Positions 19,308 through 29,258 of a stretch of 64,000 nt of DNA are shown one piece after another. This DNA is from an uncultured Candidatus Saccharibacteria bacterium. GTDB taxonomy: Bacteria; Patescibacteriota; Saccharimonadia; Saccharimonadales; Saccharimonadaceae. The stretch lies in contig CAURIH010000001.1 of the NCBI GenBank assembly GCA_963525085.1, positions 758,521 through 822,520 on the forward strand, read 5' to 3'. Below the pieces are notes generated by a model, which was not told the origin of the DNA, made no database searches, and saw only the letters and a program-made list of their open reading frames with translations. A program made the translations under genes and the position numbers. Position 1 is the first letter of the stretch, and each line of letters starts with the position of its first letter.

Positions 19308-19871
19308 GTGATGTACCAACCAACTGACCTCAAAAAAGGTGTGATTGTACAGCTCGATGGCAAGCCGTATCGAGTTGTGGACTATAATCAGAAGGTAATG
19401 GGCCGGGGTGGCTCTATTGTGAATGTGCGGCTGAAGAACTTGATTGATGGTAGTGTGCTGCCTAAGACCTTCAAGGGCCAAGATAAGATTGAGCCCGCCG
19501 AGGTATCGACGCAGAGCGTGCAGTACCTCTATAATGATGGTGATACGTTCTACTTTATGGAGCCAACCAGCTTTGAGCAGTTTGAGCTTGCTGCAGACCT
19601 CGTCGACAGCGCTAAGGACTACTTGAAGGAAGGGGATAACCTCGGTTTGCAATTCTTCGACGGCAAGGTGATCAATGTCGAGCTGCCAAAAAACCTCTAC
19701 CTTCAAGTCACCTACACCGAAGATGTTGTAAAAGGTGATACAACCAGCAGTGTGCTCAAAGATGCGACGCTGGAGACGGGCTTGGTGGTCAAGGTGCCGG
19801 CCTTTATTAAGACGGGCGACATCATTTCTGTCGATACAGCAAGCGGAGAGTATCGCGAGCGCAAGAAATAG
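19308..19871 (+). CDS. efp: elongation factor P
   Basis: 187 aa with ...DLKKGVIVQLDGKPYRVVDYNQKVMGRGGSIVNVRLKNL... and a C-terminal OB domain. Confidence 0.95.
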   Translation: MMYQPTDLKKGVIVQLDGKPYRVVDYNQKVMGRGGSIVNVRLKNLIDGSVLPKTFKGQDKIEPAEVSTQSVQYLYNDGDTFYFMEPTSFEQFELAADLVDSAKDYLKEGDNLGLQFFDGKVINVELPKNLYLQVTYTEDVVKGDTTSSVLKDATLETGLVVKVPAFIKTGDIISVDTASGEYRERKK

Positions 19872-19943
19872 TGCCCTGAGAGCTCGTGAGAGCCGCTCTC
19901 ATCGCGTTTACATGCAAAAGTGTATACCGTAGGGATAGCACAC

Positions 19944-19972
19944 ATACACCGCGAAAAGCGGTGTATTTTTTG
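19944..19972 (+). terminator. intrinsic terminator after efp
   Basis: ATACACCGC-gaaaa-GCGGTGTATTTTTTG. Confidence 0.85.
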
Positions 19973-19974
19973 TG

Positions 19975-21620
19975 CCGTGTGATGTTTAGGTTGAAGTATC
20001 CTAGAGATGTGATAAAAACAACGTAGAGTAGAGACGATTTTTGGCCAATTTTAAGCACAAGCTTATGGGTGCGCTGTGTTTTTTACTAAAGGGTACGTGT
20101 GAGAAAAAGAGTATACATAATGTTGTAATAACCAACACATGAGGCTTACCGTCAAGCTCGATAACATCAAGATATTATTGTGGAGAATGCAACACAGCTC
20201 TCTGCGACGAGGATGATGCCAAAATATGCAGGGTATTGTAAAAAAGACAGAATAGAAACAGAGAATACCTAGCGAACGTTCGAAATATGATCGTCGTAGG
20301 AAGTACAGCAATCGGGCAAAACGATGATACAAGCACAACATGAAGCAATAGGCATAGTGATGTACGAACAACAGCAGGACAACCAGCAGGATATAGTTAT
20401 CACAACAACGATGTGGCAAGCTCAACGATTGCTTTGTGTGATGTGCAGCAAGAGCGAGTGACCTCACATGCTGGGTAAATACAACAACCATAAGCATAAA
20501 TGAACAAATTTTCGTTACAGACGCGTACTTACCTTTAGCAATATAATAACGCTTATGGCAATAGGGCATAATATAAAACGTACCAAAGTAAACATAAGTA
20601 TTTTAAAAATAATGAACACAATTTTTTGTTGTGTAGCTGCGAAGCTACGCGTTTGGTTTGAGCACGCTCACGTAAAAAATGCGGCTAGCAGCATGATGCA
20701 TGGAGCTGTTGCTGCGAGATAAAAAATGTGATCATTGTGCGGCGCGTCTATTTTTTGGGTTTGAGTATTTTTGATTTTGCTTTTTTTGTGCACGTTTGTT
20801 GTGGCTGGCTGGAGAGTGTTTCATTTTTGGTTTTTTGCAGGTTGGGCGAAACATAGCAAGGCGATATGCTGCTGCGAAGTATAGACTGCACGCACGAGTG
20901 GCTGATGATAAAAATAATCATCATTTGTAGAATTGTGCAAAAATGAAATGCTTGTTATTGCGGCTAGAATTGCTTATAGATGGCTCATACAAATTTTGCA
21001 AAACACGCATGAATGCAACATATCGCGCGATGCATATTGGCTTGTTTATGTGCTGCGAAGCTGCGAAATATACCATGTGGCATACACAAATACTCAGGCT
21101 TGGCTTGCAAAAATGTGATGCTGTCAAAATCAATTTTTTGTTCAGGCGAGTGGGCTCGCTATGCGAAGCATCTGCTGCAGTGGCGGCGTGTTTTTCTGTG
21201 CGTGGTGCTTGTGTGGCAAGATAAATGTGCAGCTCGTTGGTGATGTGGCGTAGTTATACGAGTGAGATATTTTGCTATCACGATGCCCACTCAATTTTTG
21301 TTATATATACTATATGTCTGACTGAGCTGTCTTGTGTCTTGAATATCCTGCTAGCTTCCAACGACATGTGCGAATGAAGAATAGCATGCTGCAGTGCGCG
21401 ATAGTTTGAGTGTCTTGTTAATGCAGGCTACTATAGCGTGCAAAGAATAAAGCGGATTTCTTCATCCTCAAAATTTGAAAAATGACAGAAGCAAGCAGTA
21501 TATCCGCGCGCAGCAGTCTCATTTAATCTCATCATTATCATGCTCTACAGCCTCATGCATTGTGTAAAAATGCAGCAGGCCTATTAGCTTCACACCAACT
21601 AACTATCTATCCACTCGTGC
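19975..21620. other. AT-rich ORF desert R2 (~1.65 kb) sharing motifs with R1
   Basis: No protein-like ORF. 20761-20880 has 36 G / 14 C of 120 nt. TGCAAAAAT occurs at 20936 and 21106. CTGCGAAG occurs at about 20637, 20871 and 21054. Confidence 0.75.
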
Positions 21621-21634
21621 AGTATAATAAAGAC

Positions 21635-22366
21635 ATGCAAAAACAACGATTAGACAAAGCAATGGTGGCACGCGGCCACGCAGCAACACGCTCAGCGGCT
21701 GAAAATTGGATTCGCCTTGGCAAGGTATTGGTGGATGGTGTAGTGGCGCATAAGCCGGGGATGTTTGTGGATGAGTCGACGCAGATAAAGCTGATGGCGC
21801 ACGAGCGCTATGTATCGCGGGCGGGGCTTAAATTAGCCAGCGTGGCGCAGCGGCTTAATATTTCGTTTGATAATACTATCGTGCTTGATGTTGGTAGCAG
21901 CACTGGCGGCTTTACTGACTATGCATTGCAGCATGGTGCGCGCATGGTGTATGCGGTGGACGTGGGGACGGAGCAGCTCCACCCCAGCCTGCGTGGCGAC
22001 CCGCGCATTGAGCTGCATGAAAAAACCGACATTCGTGATTTTGTGCCAGCCACTACACCAGACATTATTGTCATTGATGTATCGTTCATTAGTCTGCGCA
22101 AAATTCTGCCGCACTTAGTGCGTATCAGCAGTCCGCGAACTAGTATCACCGCAATGGTCAAGCCGCAGTTTGAGGCGCAGCGCGCGCAGCTTACACGCGG
22201 TGGCATCGTCAAAAATGACAGCGTGCGCCGTGCCATCCTGCGCGACTTCGAGCAGTGGGTGCGCACCTACTGTGTAATTGTCGACAAAGCCGACAGTAGC
22301 GTCAAGGGTGCGCATGGTAATCAAGAGCGATTTTATCGATTGCAAAAAAGCAGGGCAGAACGATAG
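21635..22366 (+). CDS. tlyA: TlyA family rRNA (cytidine-2'-O)-methyltransferase
   Basis: S4 domain (QRLDKAMVARGHAATRSAAENWIRLGKVLVDG) plus FtsJ fold (VLDVGSSTGGFTDYAL). TATAAT (21623-21628) lies 6 nt before the ATG. Confidence 0.85.
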   Translation: MQKQRLDKAMVARGHAATRSAAENWIRLGKVLVDGVVAHKPGMFVDESTQIKLMAHERYVSRAGLKLASVAQRLNISFDNTIVLDVGSSTGGFTDYALQHGARMVYAVDVGTEQLHPSLRGDPRIELHEKTDIRDFVPATTPDIIVIDVSFISLRKILPHLVRISSPRTSITAMVKPQFEAQRAQLTRGGIVKNDSVRRAILRDFEQWVRTYCVIVDKADSSVKGAHGNQERFYRLQKSRAER

Positions 22367-22549
22367 CCTCTCGTATCACCATACATTATATATAGACAGA
22401 TTTGGAAACAGCAAAGCATAGACTAATGTGAGTGTCTTGGAGAGCCAACTATATAGTATTGTGGGAATTCTTTGATATAAGAGAAAGACACATGATGAAG
22501 CAGATACTGCGGCTCGTAATATATACATACCGCAAAATACGCAACGCGC

Positions 22550-23185
22550 TCATCGTAGCACAACACATAGCGCCATCACCACCGTCGGCCCATTGATGAG
22601 TATGCTCGCAATAGCATGTGCCGTCATTGGTACATACACGTTGCGCGTCATACTATATGCCAAGCTAAATGGCAGTGCCCACACCATGCCCAGCAGCACA
22701 CCCCATGGTGTGACGAAGTGCTCTGCTGCAAACAACGTAGCACTTAGTAGGGTGGTGCAGATGATCGCTGTGCGATTGGCTAGGCAGATCATCTGCTTGC
22801 GAAAAATTGTTTCTTCTACGATGGCGGGGAGAATGATGGTTGAGAGCACGAAGAGTAGCAACTCGCCTGCCGTCTTGACTGGCATTGTAATGGCACCTGT
22901 GGCGAGGTGAGGGAAGGCTTGCTCGAGCAGGCTCGTCGCGCCAAACACTCCTGCTGCGCAAACCAGCGTGATTACTACCTGCCGCCAAAAGTGCCACCCG
23001 CCAGCGAGCGCACGATACCACTGGTACATACTCACACTTTTTGTCGCGATGATATAGCCAAGCAGCGCCACGAAAAATGCTGTATTACTATAAACATACA
23101 AGTGCCGCGGCAGGATAAAACACGAGATGATGAAAACAACCTCGAGTATGACCGGTATGGCAATGCGCCGCATATAATGATACAT
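22550..23185 (-). CDS. CPBP family intramembrane glutamic endopeptidase
   Basis: Multi-TM protein with motifs AIVEETIFRKQM (EExxxR), FAAEH and HAIASILIN. Confidence 0.8.
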   Translation of the reverse strand: MYHYMRRIAIPVILEVVFIISCFILPRHLYVYSNTAFFVALLGYIIATKSVSMYQWYRALAGGWHFWRQVVITLVCAAGVFGATSLLEQAFPHLATGAITMPVKTAGELLLFVLSTIILPAIVEETIFRKQMICLANRTAIICTTLLSATLFAAEHFVTPWGVLLGMVWALPFSLAYSMTRNVYVPMTAHAIASILINGPTVVMALCVVLR

Positions 23186-23294
23186 ATACTACCAGTGTAC
23201 TCTTTGCTATACCTTCCGAGAAGATTATAGTAATAGTCCATGCAAAAACTCGCCACAAGCTCATGGCGAGTTTGCTCATGTTTCCTAGCTAGGA

Positions 23295-24377
23295 TTACTT
23301 GCTTACATTAAATCGAAATTCTACCACATCGCCTGGCTGCATGACATAGGCTTTGCCTTCGGTGCGGATTTTACCTGCTTCGCGCGCTTTGGCCTCCGAG
23401 CCTGCTGCCACGAGGTCGTCATAATCCACCACCTGCGCCGCAATGAAGCCTCGCTCGAAGTCGGTGTGGATGACCCCGGCCGCTTGTGGTGCCGTCCAGC
23501 CTTGGTGGATCGTCCACGCGTGCACTTCCTTTGGTCCAGCGGTGAGGTAGCTCTGTAGGCCGAGCGTATCGTACGCTGCCCGGATCAATTGCGTCAGGCC
23601 AGCCTCAGGCACATCATAGCTCGCCAGTAGTTCTAGCGCATCCTTTGCGTCGAGTCCCTTGAGCTCATCCTCTAGCGTGGCGCAAATGAAGAGCGCTGTA
23701 CTGCCACGAGCTAGCGCCGCTAAGCGGGCTTTGGCCTCAGCGTTGGCAAGGGTGGCTTCGTCGACATTAAAGACGTAGATGACTGGCTTGGCGGTGAGGA
23801 GGTGGAGGTCGGCGATTGCTTCGTGAATAATATTTTTGTTCAGATGAACAGGGGTGCCAGCGGCAAGATCGTCACGCAACTGCTGCAGGTACTCGAGTGT
23901 ACTGCGCGCCTTGGGGTTGGCTTTGGCTTCTTTGCTGAGGCGGGTGAGGCGAGTCTCGATGGTCTGGATGTCTGCCAGCATGAGCTCGGTGTTAATGATG
24001 TCGATATCGCGCTGCGGGTCGACGGTGGTATCGACATGGACGATGTCGTCATTTGCAAAGGCGCGGACGATGTGGACGATTGCATCGCACTGGCGAATAT
24101 GAGCGAGGAACTTATTGCCCAACCCCTCGCCACTCGCGGCACCAGCCACCAGCCCAGCGATATCGACAAAGGTTACAGTGGCCGGCACAACCTTCTCGGC
24201 GTGGTACATATCAGCCAGCACTGCTAAACGCTCATCGGGCACAGGCACAATGCCAGTGTTGGGTTCGATGGTGGCAAAGGGGTAGTTGGCTGCCAAAATA
24301 TCATTGTTGGTGAGGGCGTTGAAAAGGGTCGACTTGCCAACATTAGGCAGGCCGACGATACCAATAGATAGACTCAT
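23295..24377 (-). CDS. ychF: redox-regulated ATPase YchF
   Basis: GIVGLPNVGKSTLFNALT, TGS-like and C-terminal domains, 360 aa. TATACT (rc of 24384-24389) lies 6 nt before the ATG. Confidence 0.95.
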   Translation of the reverse strand: MSLSIGIVGLPNVGKSTLFNALTNNDILAANYPFATIEPNTGIVPVPDERLAVLADMYHAEKVVPATVTFVDIAGLVAGAASGEGLGNKFLAHIRQCDAIVHIVRAFANDDIVHVDTTVDPQRDIDIINTELMLADIQTIETRLTRLSKEAKANPKARSTLEYLQQLRDDLAAGTPVHLNKNIIHEAIADLHLLTAKPVIYVFNVDEATLANAEAKARLAALARGSTALFICATLEDELKGLDAKDALELLASYDVPEAGLTQLIRAAYDTLGLQSYLTAGPKEVHAWTIHQGWTAPQAAGVIHTDFERGFIAAQVVDYDDLVAAGSEAKAREAGKIRTEGKAYVMQPGDVVEFRFNVSK

Positions 24378-24553
24378 ATATATAGTATAGCAGCGCGAAG
24401 AGGAAATCGGCAGAGGGAAGAGGAAAATGCGAGGAATGTGGATGCATTGCGCTTTATGTAATTATAATAGGGTTGCTAGCCTCCAGATATTTTCTTGTGC
24501 GGCGATAGACTATAGACTATGGTTGACTCTAAAGCCTGAATTTTAAAACCTAT

Positions 24554-24714
24554 CTCTGCGTTAGCTCTACCAACCCATCGCTTCATCTGATGGAGTGTGA
24601 GAATCTGTCATTGTGCTGACAGATTCTCAGCCCAGCGCAAGAGGTCGATACTTGGGGAGTATCGACCCTTATAGTGTTCCATCGGAGGGAGCGTGGGGAG
24701 GTAGAGTGTGAGAT
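24554..24714 (+). repeat. family-1 structured repeat, copy A
   Basis: Outer arms CTCTACC.../...GGTAGAG. Hairpin 1 is GAGAATCTGTCA/TGACAGATTCTC and hairpin 2 is GGTCGATACT/AGTATCGACC. Has the conserved linkers CAGCCCAGCGCAAGAG and CCCTTATAGTGTTCC. Confidence 0.9.
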
Positions 24715-24824
24715 AATTATAGATGTTGCAATTCGGGCACACGCTACTTACTTATTTGCACCATCTGGCGTTCGTCGTCATGAACACAGTGCACAATCGC
24801 TCTAACTTTGCTATAATCATAAGC

Positions 24825-27239
24825 ATGACATTTGTACACTTTTGCCGCCAATCACTGGTGCGTGCTGGCCTGATGGGGCTGCTGTGCGCTGTGGGGGTGA
24901 GTGCGGCGCTGGGCGGGCTGGTGGCAGCTCGGCCCAACAATGATGTAGAGGCGAAGTTGCCCGAGCTCTGCCGCAGTGGTAGCCCCTGTGCAGTGGTGTG
25001 GTTCTCGCAGCCTGGCGAGCGGGATTATTATAAATCGGGTATATCGATTGACCACAATCAGACAGGCCTCGTCGATATTGTCATTCGCGGCTCGGGTTAC
25101 TCGGGTAACCGCTCGGGTCCCTTCGACATTAGCTCGATGCACCTCGACCGCAACATGAATTGGAACTACAACCGCAATAGCCGTATCAAGAACGTCCAGT
25201 CGAGCGTGATGTACCGTGGGCGCGTCAGTGGCCAAAACCAATACACCAGCCAGGGGGGTGAAGTGCGAGCGCAACTCGACATTGGCCAGTTTGATATCCC
25301 GGTGGGGCAGTCGCGTACGGTGGGGATTGGCCTGTATAGCTGTATCTCGACTGATGGCGGGCGTACCCTTGCTGCTAGCGAGAATATTGCCTGTGGTACG
25401 AGTGATGTAAAGGTGACGATCACGCGGCGCATCCCACCTTGGACGATCAACGGCCAAAGCTATGTGGGCAAGCAGTGGCCTGGCACGCAAAATATGCAAA
25501 AATCCGTCCGAGCCTTTCCGGGTGAGCAAATCTACTGGGCGCATGATCTCCGCAACAATGGTCCCAACAATGCAACCGTGTCCGTGGGGATGGATGGTAC
25601 TGGCTTTGCTAATAATTACAGTGGTGGGCATAGCCTCGCGCGCAATGTGACGGGCCAGTCTGGACAGCTCTTTTATACGGTGTATCCGAGTGGCGGCATG
25701 ACTGACCGCTTCACGAGTTATCGCATCCAAACGAGCGACGTTGGCCGCACACTCTGTCAACGGATATCGTGGTCACCTGGCATTGCTGGTGACCCAGCGT
25801 GGCGACGCAGCGATCCAGCGTGTGCTAGTGTGCACTCAGACTTTGAGCTCTATCCATCGGCCACAATTGATGGCAAGAAGCTTGCGACGCTGGAGGGTGG
25901 GAATATTGCGCCTAGTCGGATTGACGAATCCATCCACAATACTGGTGCAAGCCTCGACAAAGACCGAAGCGAGAGCGAAGCCGCGGCCTACCAGTTTATC
26001 GTACGAGGGCAGCACCGCCAGCAGTTCCTTGGCAGCTTGAGTAGCATCTTCGACCGTGGGGCGGCAGTGGGCTATCCCTATGCTCTGGGTAGCTACAGTG
26101 GCAGTGACACAGCGTGCACCTGGCTGCGCGGCAAGCAGCCGATCGACTGCACCAACGAGCCCACCTTTCGTGAGAACAAAAAATACCTCGACAGCCACAC
26201 ACGCCTGAATGACACCAAAGATATCAACGCTGCCGATGCCAAGGTAGGGGATATGATTTGTCGCATTGTTGCTATCAAAGATTATAATTATAAACACACC
26301 GACGGCAATGAGCGTCGTATTTCCTCGCCCGCCTGCGTAACGGTGACGAAGCTACCATGGGTGCAGATCTGGGGTGGCGACTTGCGCGTTGGTAACGGCA
26401 TTGGTGTGGCGAGTGGTAATGGCGATGCACAAATCGTTACTCTCAAGACGACTAAGGATGGTAACATGTATGGCAGTTGGGCTGAGTATGGCATGATGGC
26501 ACCGCAAAATGGCGGCAAGATTCTATCAGCCACTGGCGGTGTATTGTCTGGCCGGCGGGGGTATGGTGGTGATTATGACCGCTCCAAGGATAGCCTTGCC
26601 TTTGCCAACACCACCACGCCAGCTGGCCGCTGGGCACCACCGAGCAATGTGAAGGTGCCAAGCTTTGGCCGGGGCGTGGCGGCTGGTACGTCCATTGACG
26701 TGGGGAGCTTTGCAGGCCACAATGTGCGTACCGTCAATGGCGATGCCACCATCCACGGTACGCTGCCAGGTAGTAGTACGCTGGTGGTGGAAGCAAGCGG
26801 CACAGTGACGATTGATGGTGACCTCAAGTATGGTGCCACTACAGTCGATGATGCCACCAAGCTTTCGCAGCTCGTCATTAAGGCTAAGAACATCGTTGTT
26901 CGACATAATGTTAAAGAAGTGAATGCCTGGCTGATTGCTCAGCCAACCGGTGGCAGTGGGGGAGTCATCTCTACCTGCGACGAGATCCGTCACGTTGGTG
27001 CATATTTCAATGGCCTCACCGCCGAGACCTGCAAAGAAAAACTCACCATCAACGGTACCATCATGGCGCGCCAGCTCCAGCTGCGCCGCACCTTTGGCGC
27101 TGAGAAGGATAACCTCGCCGAAGCTGCTGAGGTACTCAACCAACGTGCCGATGTCTTTATGTGGGGCTCGCGTTACAACAAAAACAACGACCTGCCCATC
27201 ACCACCGCCACCACAACAGAAGCCGCACCGCGGTTTTAG
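24825..27239 (+). CDS. large secreted/surface protein of unknown function (804 aa from the ATG chosen)
   Basis: N-terminal signal/anchor (MTFVHFCRQSLVRAGLMGLLCAVGVSAALGGLVAA). Rich in G/S/T/N. TATAAT (24812-24817) lies 7 nt before the ATG. Sits immediately upstream of the pilus operon. No family recognised. Confidence 0.7.
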   Translation: MTFVHFCRQSLVRAGLMGLLCAVGVSAALGGLVAARPNNDVEAKLPELCRSGSPCAVVWFSQPGERDYYKSGISIDHNQTGLVDIVIRGSGYSGNRSGPFDISSMHLDRNMNWNYNRNSRIKNVQSSVMYRGRVSGQNQYTSQGGEVRAQLDIGQFDIPVGQSRTVGIGLYSCISTDGGRTLAASENIACGTSDVKVTITRRIPPWTINGQSYVGKQWPGTQNMQKSVRAFPGEQIYWAHDLRNNGPNNATVSVGMDGTGFANNYSGGHSLARNVTGQSGQLFYTVYPSGGMTDRFTSYRIQTSDVGRTLCQRISWSPGIAGDPAWRRSDPACASVHSDFELYPSATIDGKKLATLEGGNIAPSRIDESIHNTGASLDKDRSESEAAAYQFIVRGQHRQQFLGSLSSIFDRGAAVGYPYALGSYSGSDTACTWLRGKQPIDCTNEPTFRENKKYLDSHTRLNDTKDINAADAKVGDMICRIVAIKDYNYKHTDGNERRISSPACVTVTKLPWVQIWGGDLRVGNGIGVASGNGDAQIVTLKTTKDGNMYGSWAEYGMMAPQNGGKILSATGGVLSGRRGYGGDYDRSKDSLAFANTTTPAGRWAPPSNVKVPSFGRGVAAGTSIDVGSFAGHNVRTVNGDATIHGTLPGSSTLVVEASGTVTIDGDLKYGATTVDDATKLSQLVIKAKNIVVRHNVKEVNAWLIAQPTGGSGGVISTCDEIRHVGAYFNGLTAETCKEKLTINGTIMARQLQLRRTFGAEKDNLAEAAEVLNQRADVFMWGSRYNKNNDLPITTATTTEAAPRF

Positions 27240-27483
27240 CCCAGGTGTAGTCATGGTTAAGAACTCTTTATCTTTCTCTGCATTATGTCGAGAAATAGTG
27301 GAGAGCGTGAGATTTGGCACATAACATATGAGCACCAACGCGCGATCGACATGTGAGATATCGATCCGCTAATATGCCTGATAAGGGTGAGGCGGATAGG
27401 AAATTTTGCAGTGCACGTTTGGCATATTTTCCCCCACTAACCCCCTTGCCTAAACCAATGTCGCTTATGTATAATAGATGAGT

Positions 27484-28536
27484 ATGAAGTTTCAAAAAGG
27501 GTCGGGCGATTTCTTTGCACTCGATATCGGTACCAATGCCGTGCGGGTTTTGCAGCTAGCACCAGCTGGCGACGAGTGGGAGCTCGTAGCACATGGGTAT
27601 GCGCCCGTTGACCGCCGTATTACTAGCAGCGATGCACCAGAATCGCGCCGTCGCCTGGGCGAAGTTATTATGACTGCCGTGGGCCAGAGTGGTATCAAGA
27701 CGAAGAATGTTGCGATTGGCCTACCTTCCAACAAGACCTTTACAACAGTGGTCGATGTGCCGCAGGTTTCCGATGCCGAGCTACGTGCCACGATGAAATA
27801 CCAAATTGACCAATATGTGCCGATGTCGGACGACGCTAAGGTAGATTGGGTGCTGCTTGGGCCATCGCTCCATGCGAGCGATCAGCAAGAGGTGCTAATT
27901 AGCAGTGTATCGAAGGGGTATAGTGAGGATCAGCTTGAGTTTATCGAGGGCCTGGGGCTGAATGTGATTGCTATCGAGCCCGACCCAATCGCGATGGTGC
28001 GAGCCTTTGCACCGCCGCAGCAAGCGGCACATGGCGCCGCAGTGATGTTGATCGACATTGGTGAACTCTCGACTGACCTCGCCATTATCTACGGTGGAGC
28101 ACCGCGCCTTGTTCGGACTATTCCGTCTGGTGTCAGCAGCCTCGTCAAGTCGGCAGTACAAAACCTCAGCGTTCAGGAGGACCAAGCTCGGCAGTTCATT
28201 CTCAAGTTTGGTCTGGCGGAGGATAAGCTCGATGGGCAGGTGGTGCGTGCTATTGAGGGTGCGCTGGATAACTTTGCGAGCGAGCTTATTAAATCAATCA
28301 AATTCTTCCAAACGCGCTACGCCAGTGCCCAGGTGTCGAGTATTACACTGACGGGCTTTGGCGAGATGATTCCACATCTCAGCGAGTATGTCGCAGCCAA
28401 GGTAGAGGTTCCGACCGCCCCTGGTAACCCCTGGCATGGTATCCATATGCCGCAGACGAGCCAAGAGCAATTGGCTAACGTCGCACCAGAGTTTGCCACA
28501 GCAGTCGGCCTAGCAAAACGGAGGAACGACGCATGA
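27484..28536 (+). CDS. pilM: type IV pilus assembly protein PilM (actin-like ATPase fold)
   Basis: MKFQKGSGDFFALDIGTNAVRVLQL..., about 350 aa, first gene of the pilMNO cluster. TATAAT (27470-27475) lies 8 nt before this ATG. Confidence 0.85.
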   Translation: MKFQKGSGDFFALDIGTNAVRVLQLAPAGDEWELVAHGYAPVDRRITSSDAPESRRRLGEVIMTAVGQSGIKTKNVAIGLPSNKTFTTVVDVPQVSDAELRATMKYQIDQYVPMSDDAKVDWVLLGPSLHASDQQEVLISSVSKGYSEDQLEFIEGLGLNVIAIEPDPIAMVRAFAPPQQAAHGAAVMLIDIGELSTDLAIIYGGAPRLVRTIPSGVSSLVKSAVQNLSVQEDQARQFILKFGLAEDKLDGQVVRAIEGALDNFASELIKSIKFFQTRYASAQVSSITLTGFGEMIPHLSEYVAAKVEVPTAPGNPWHGIHMPQTSQEQLANVAPEFATAVGLAKRRNDA

Positions 28537-29258
28537 TAGAGATTAACCTCATTCCTGATGTCAAGCGCGAATACCTGCATGCCCAGCGCATGCGCAATGG
28601 TGTGATATCGCTCTCCATTCTCGTGAGCATCATTGCTGGTGCAGCAGTGGCGCTGCTGGTGGTGTATGTTGGTACGCAGAGTGCCCGCGAGTGGCTGACC
28701 GACAATGAGATCAAAGACCAGTACGGCAAGATTAGTAGTGTTAAAGATGCCAATCAGATTGTCACCATCCAAAACCAACTAGCTCAGCTCTCCTCGATGC
28801 ACAAGGACAAGAGCATCGACTCGCGGATTTTCGATGTGCTCAGTGCCATCAACCCTGCTGCGCCCAATGATGTGAAGATGTCGACCGTCAGCCTCGACCC
28901 GTCTGAGACCAAGCTCTCCATCGAGGGGTCGGCAGCCAACAGCTTTGAGGCGACAGACAAGCTCAAGAAAATGATCCTCAACACCAAGCTGAGCTACACC
29001 GATGGCGATAACCGTGTCCAGACCGTCAAGCTGGCTGACGATGTTACCGTGAGCGATACCAGCTATGGTGAGGACGCCAGTGGATCTAAGGTGCTGCGCT
29101 TCAAGCTGACCTTTACCTACCCTAAGGAGCTTCTCGCTAATAGCTCTAAGAATCTGCGCATTGAAGCCCCAACTGGCAGTACTAATGTGACTGACTCGCG
29201 CTTGCATGTGCCCGATAGCCTCTTTACGCCCAAGGCGACCAACAAGGAGAAGAACTAA
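28533..29258 (+). CDS. pilN: PilN-like fimbrial assembly protein
   Basis: MIEINLIPDVKREY... followed by one TM segment. ATGA overlap with pilM. Confidence 0.7.
   Translation: MIEINLIPDVKREYLHAQRMRNGVISLSILVSIIAGAAVALLVVYVGTQSAREWLTDNEIKDQYGKISSVKDANQIVTIQNQLAQLSSMHKDKSIDSRIFDVLSAINPAAPNDVKMSTVSLDPSETKLSIEGSAANSFEATDKLKKMILNTKLSYTDGDNRVQTVKLADDVTVSDTSYGEDASGSKVLRFKLTFTYPKELLANSSKNLRIEAPTGSTNVTDSRLHVPDSLFTPKATNKEKN

Noticed and set aside
15246-21620. An alternative genetic code (for example UGA=Gly as in some CPR lineages) hiding genes in the deserts.
   Set aside because: The surrounding genes clearly use the standard code, with TGA stops in ATGA overlaps at 28533-28536 and 29939-29942. The deserts are interrupted by TAA and TAG as well as TGA in all frames, so recoding TGA would not rescue long protein-like frames.
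24852-27338. Long antisense ORFs (24852-25760 and 26526-27338 on the minus strand) opposite the 804-aa secreted protein. Similar cases are 9560-10180 in ftsK, 30896-31609 in pilB and 36570-37205 in the SurA-like gene.
   Set aside because: These are typical GC-rich antisense frames. They have poor composition (R/A/H-rich) and no start signals, and the sense-strand genes have clear homology or architecture.
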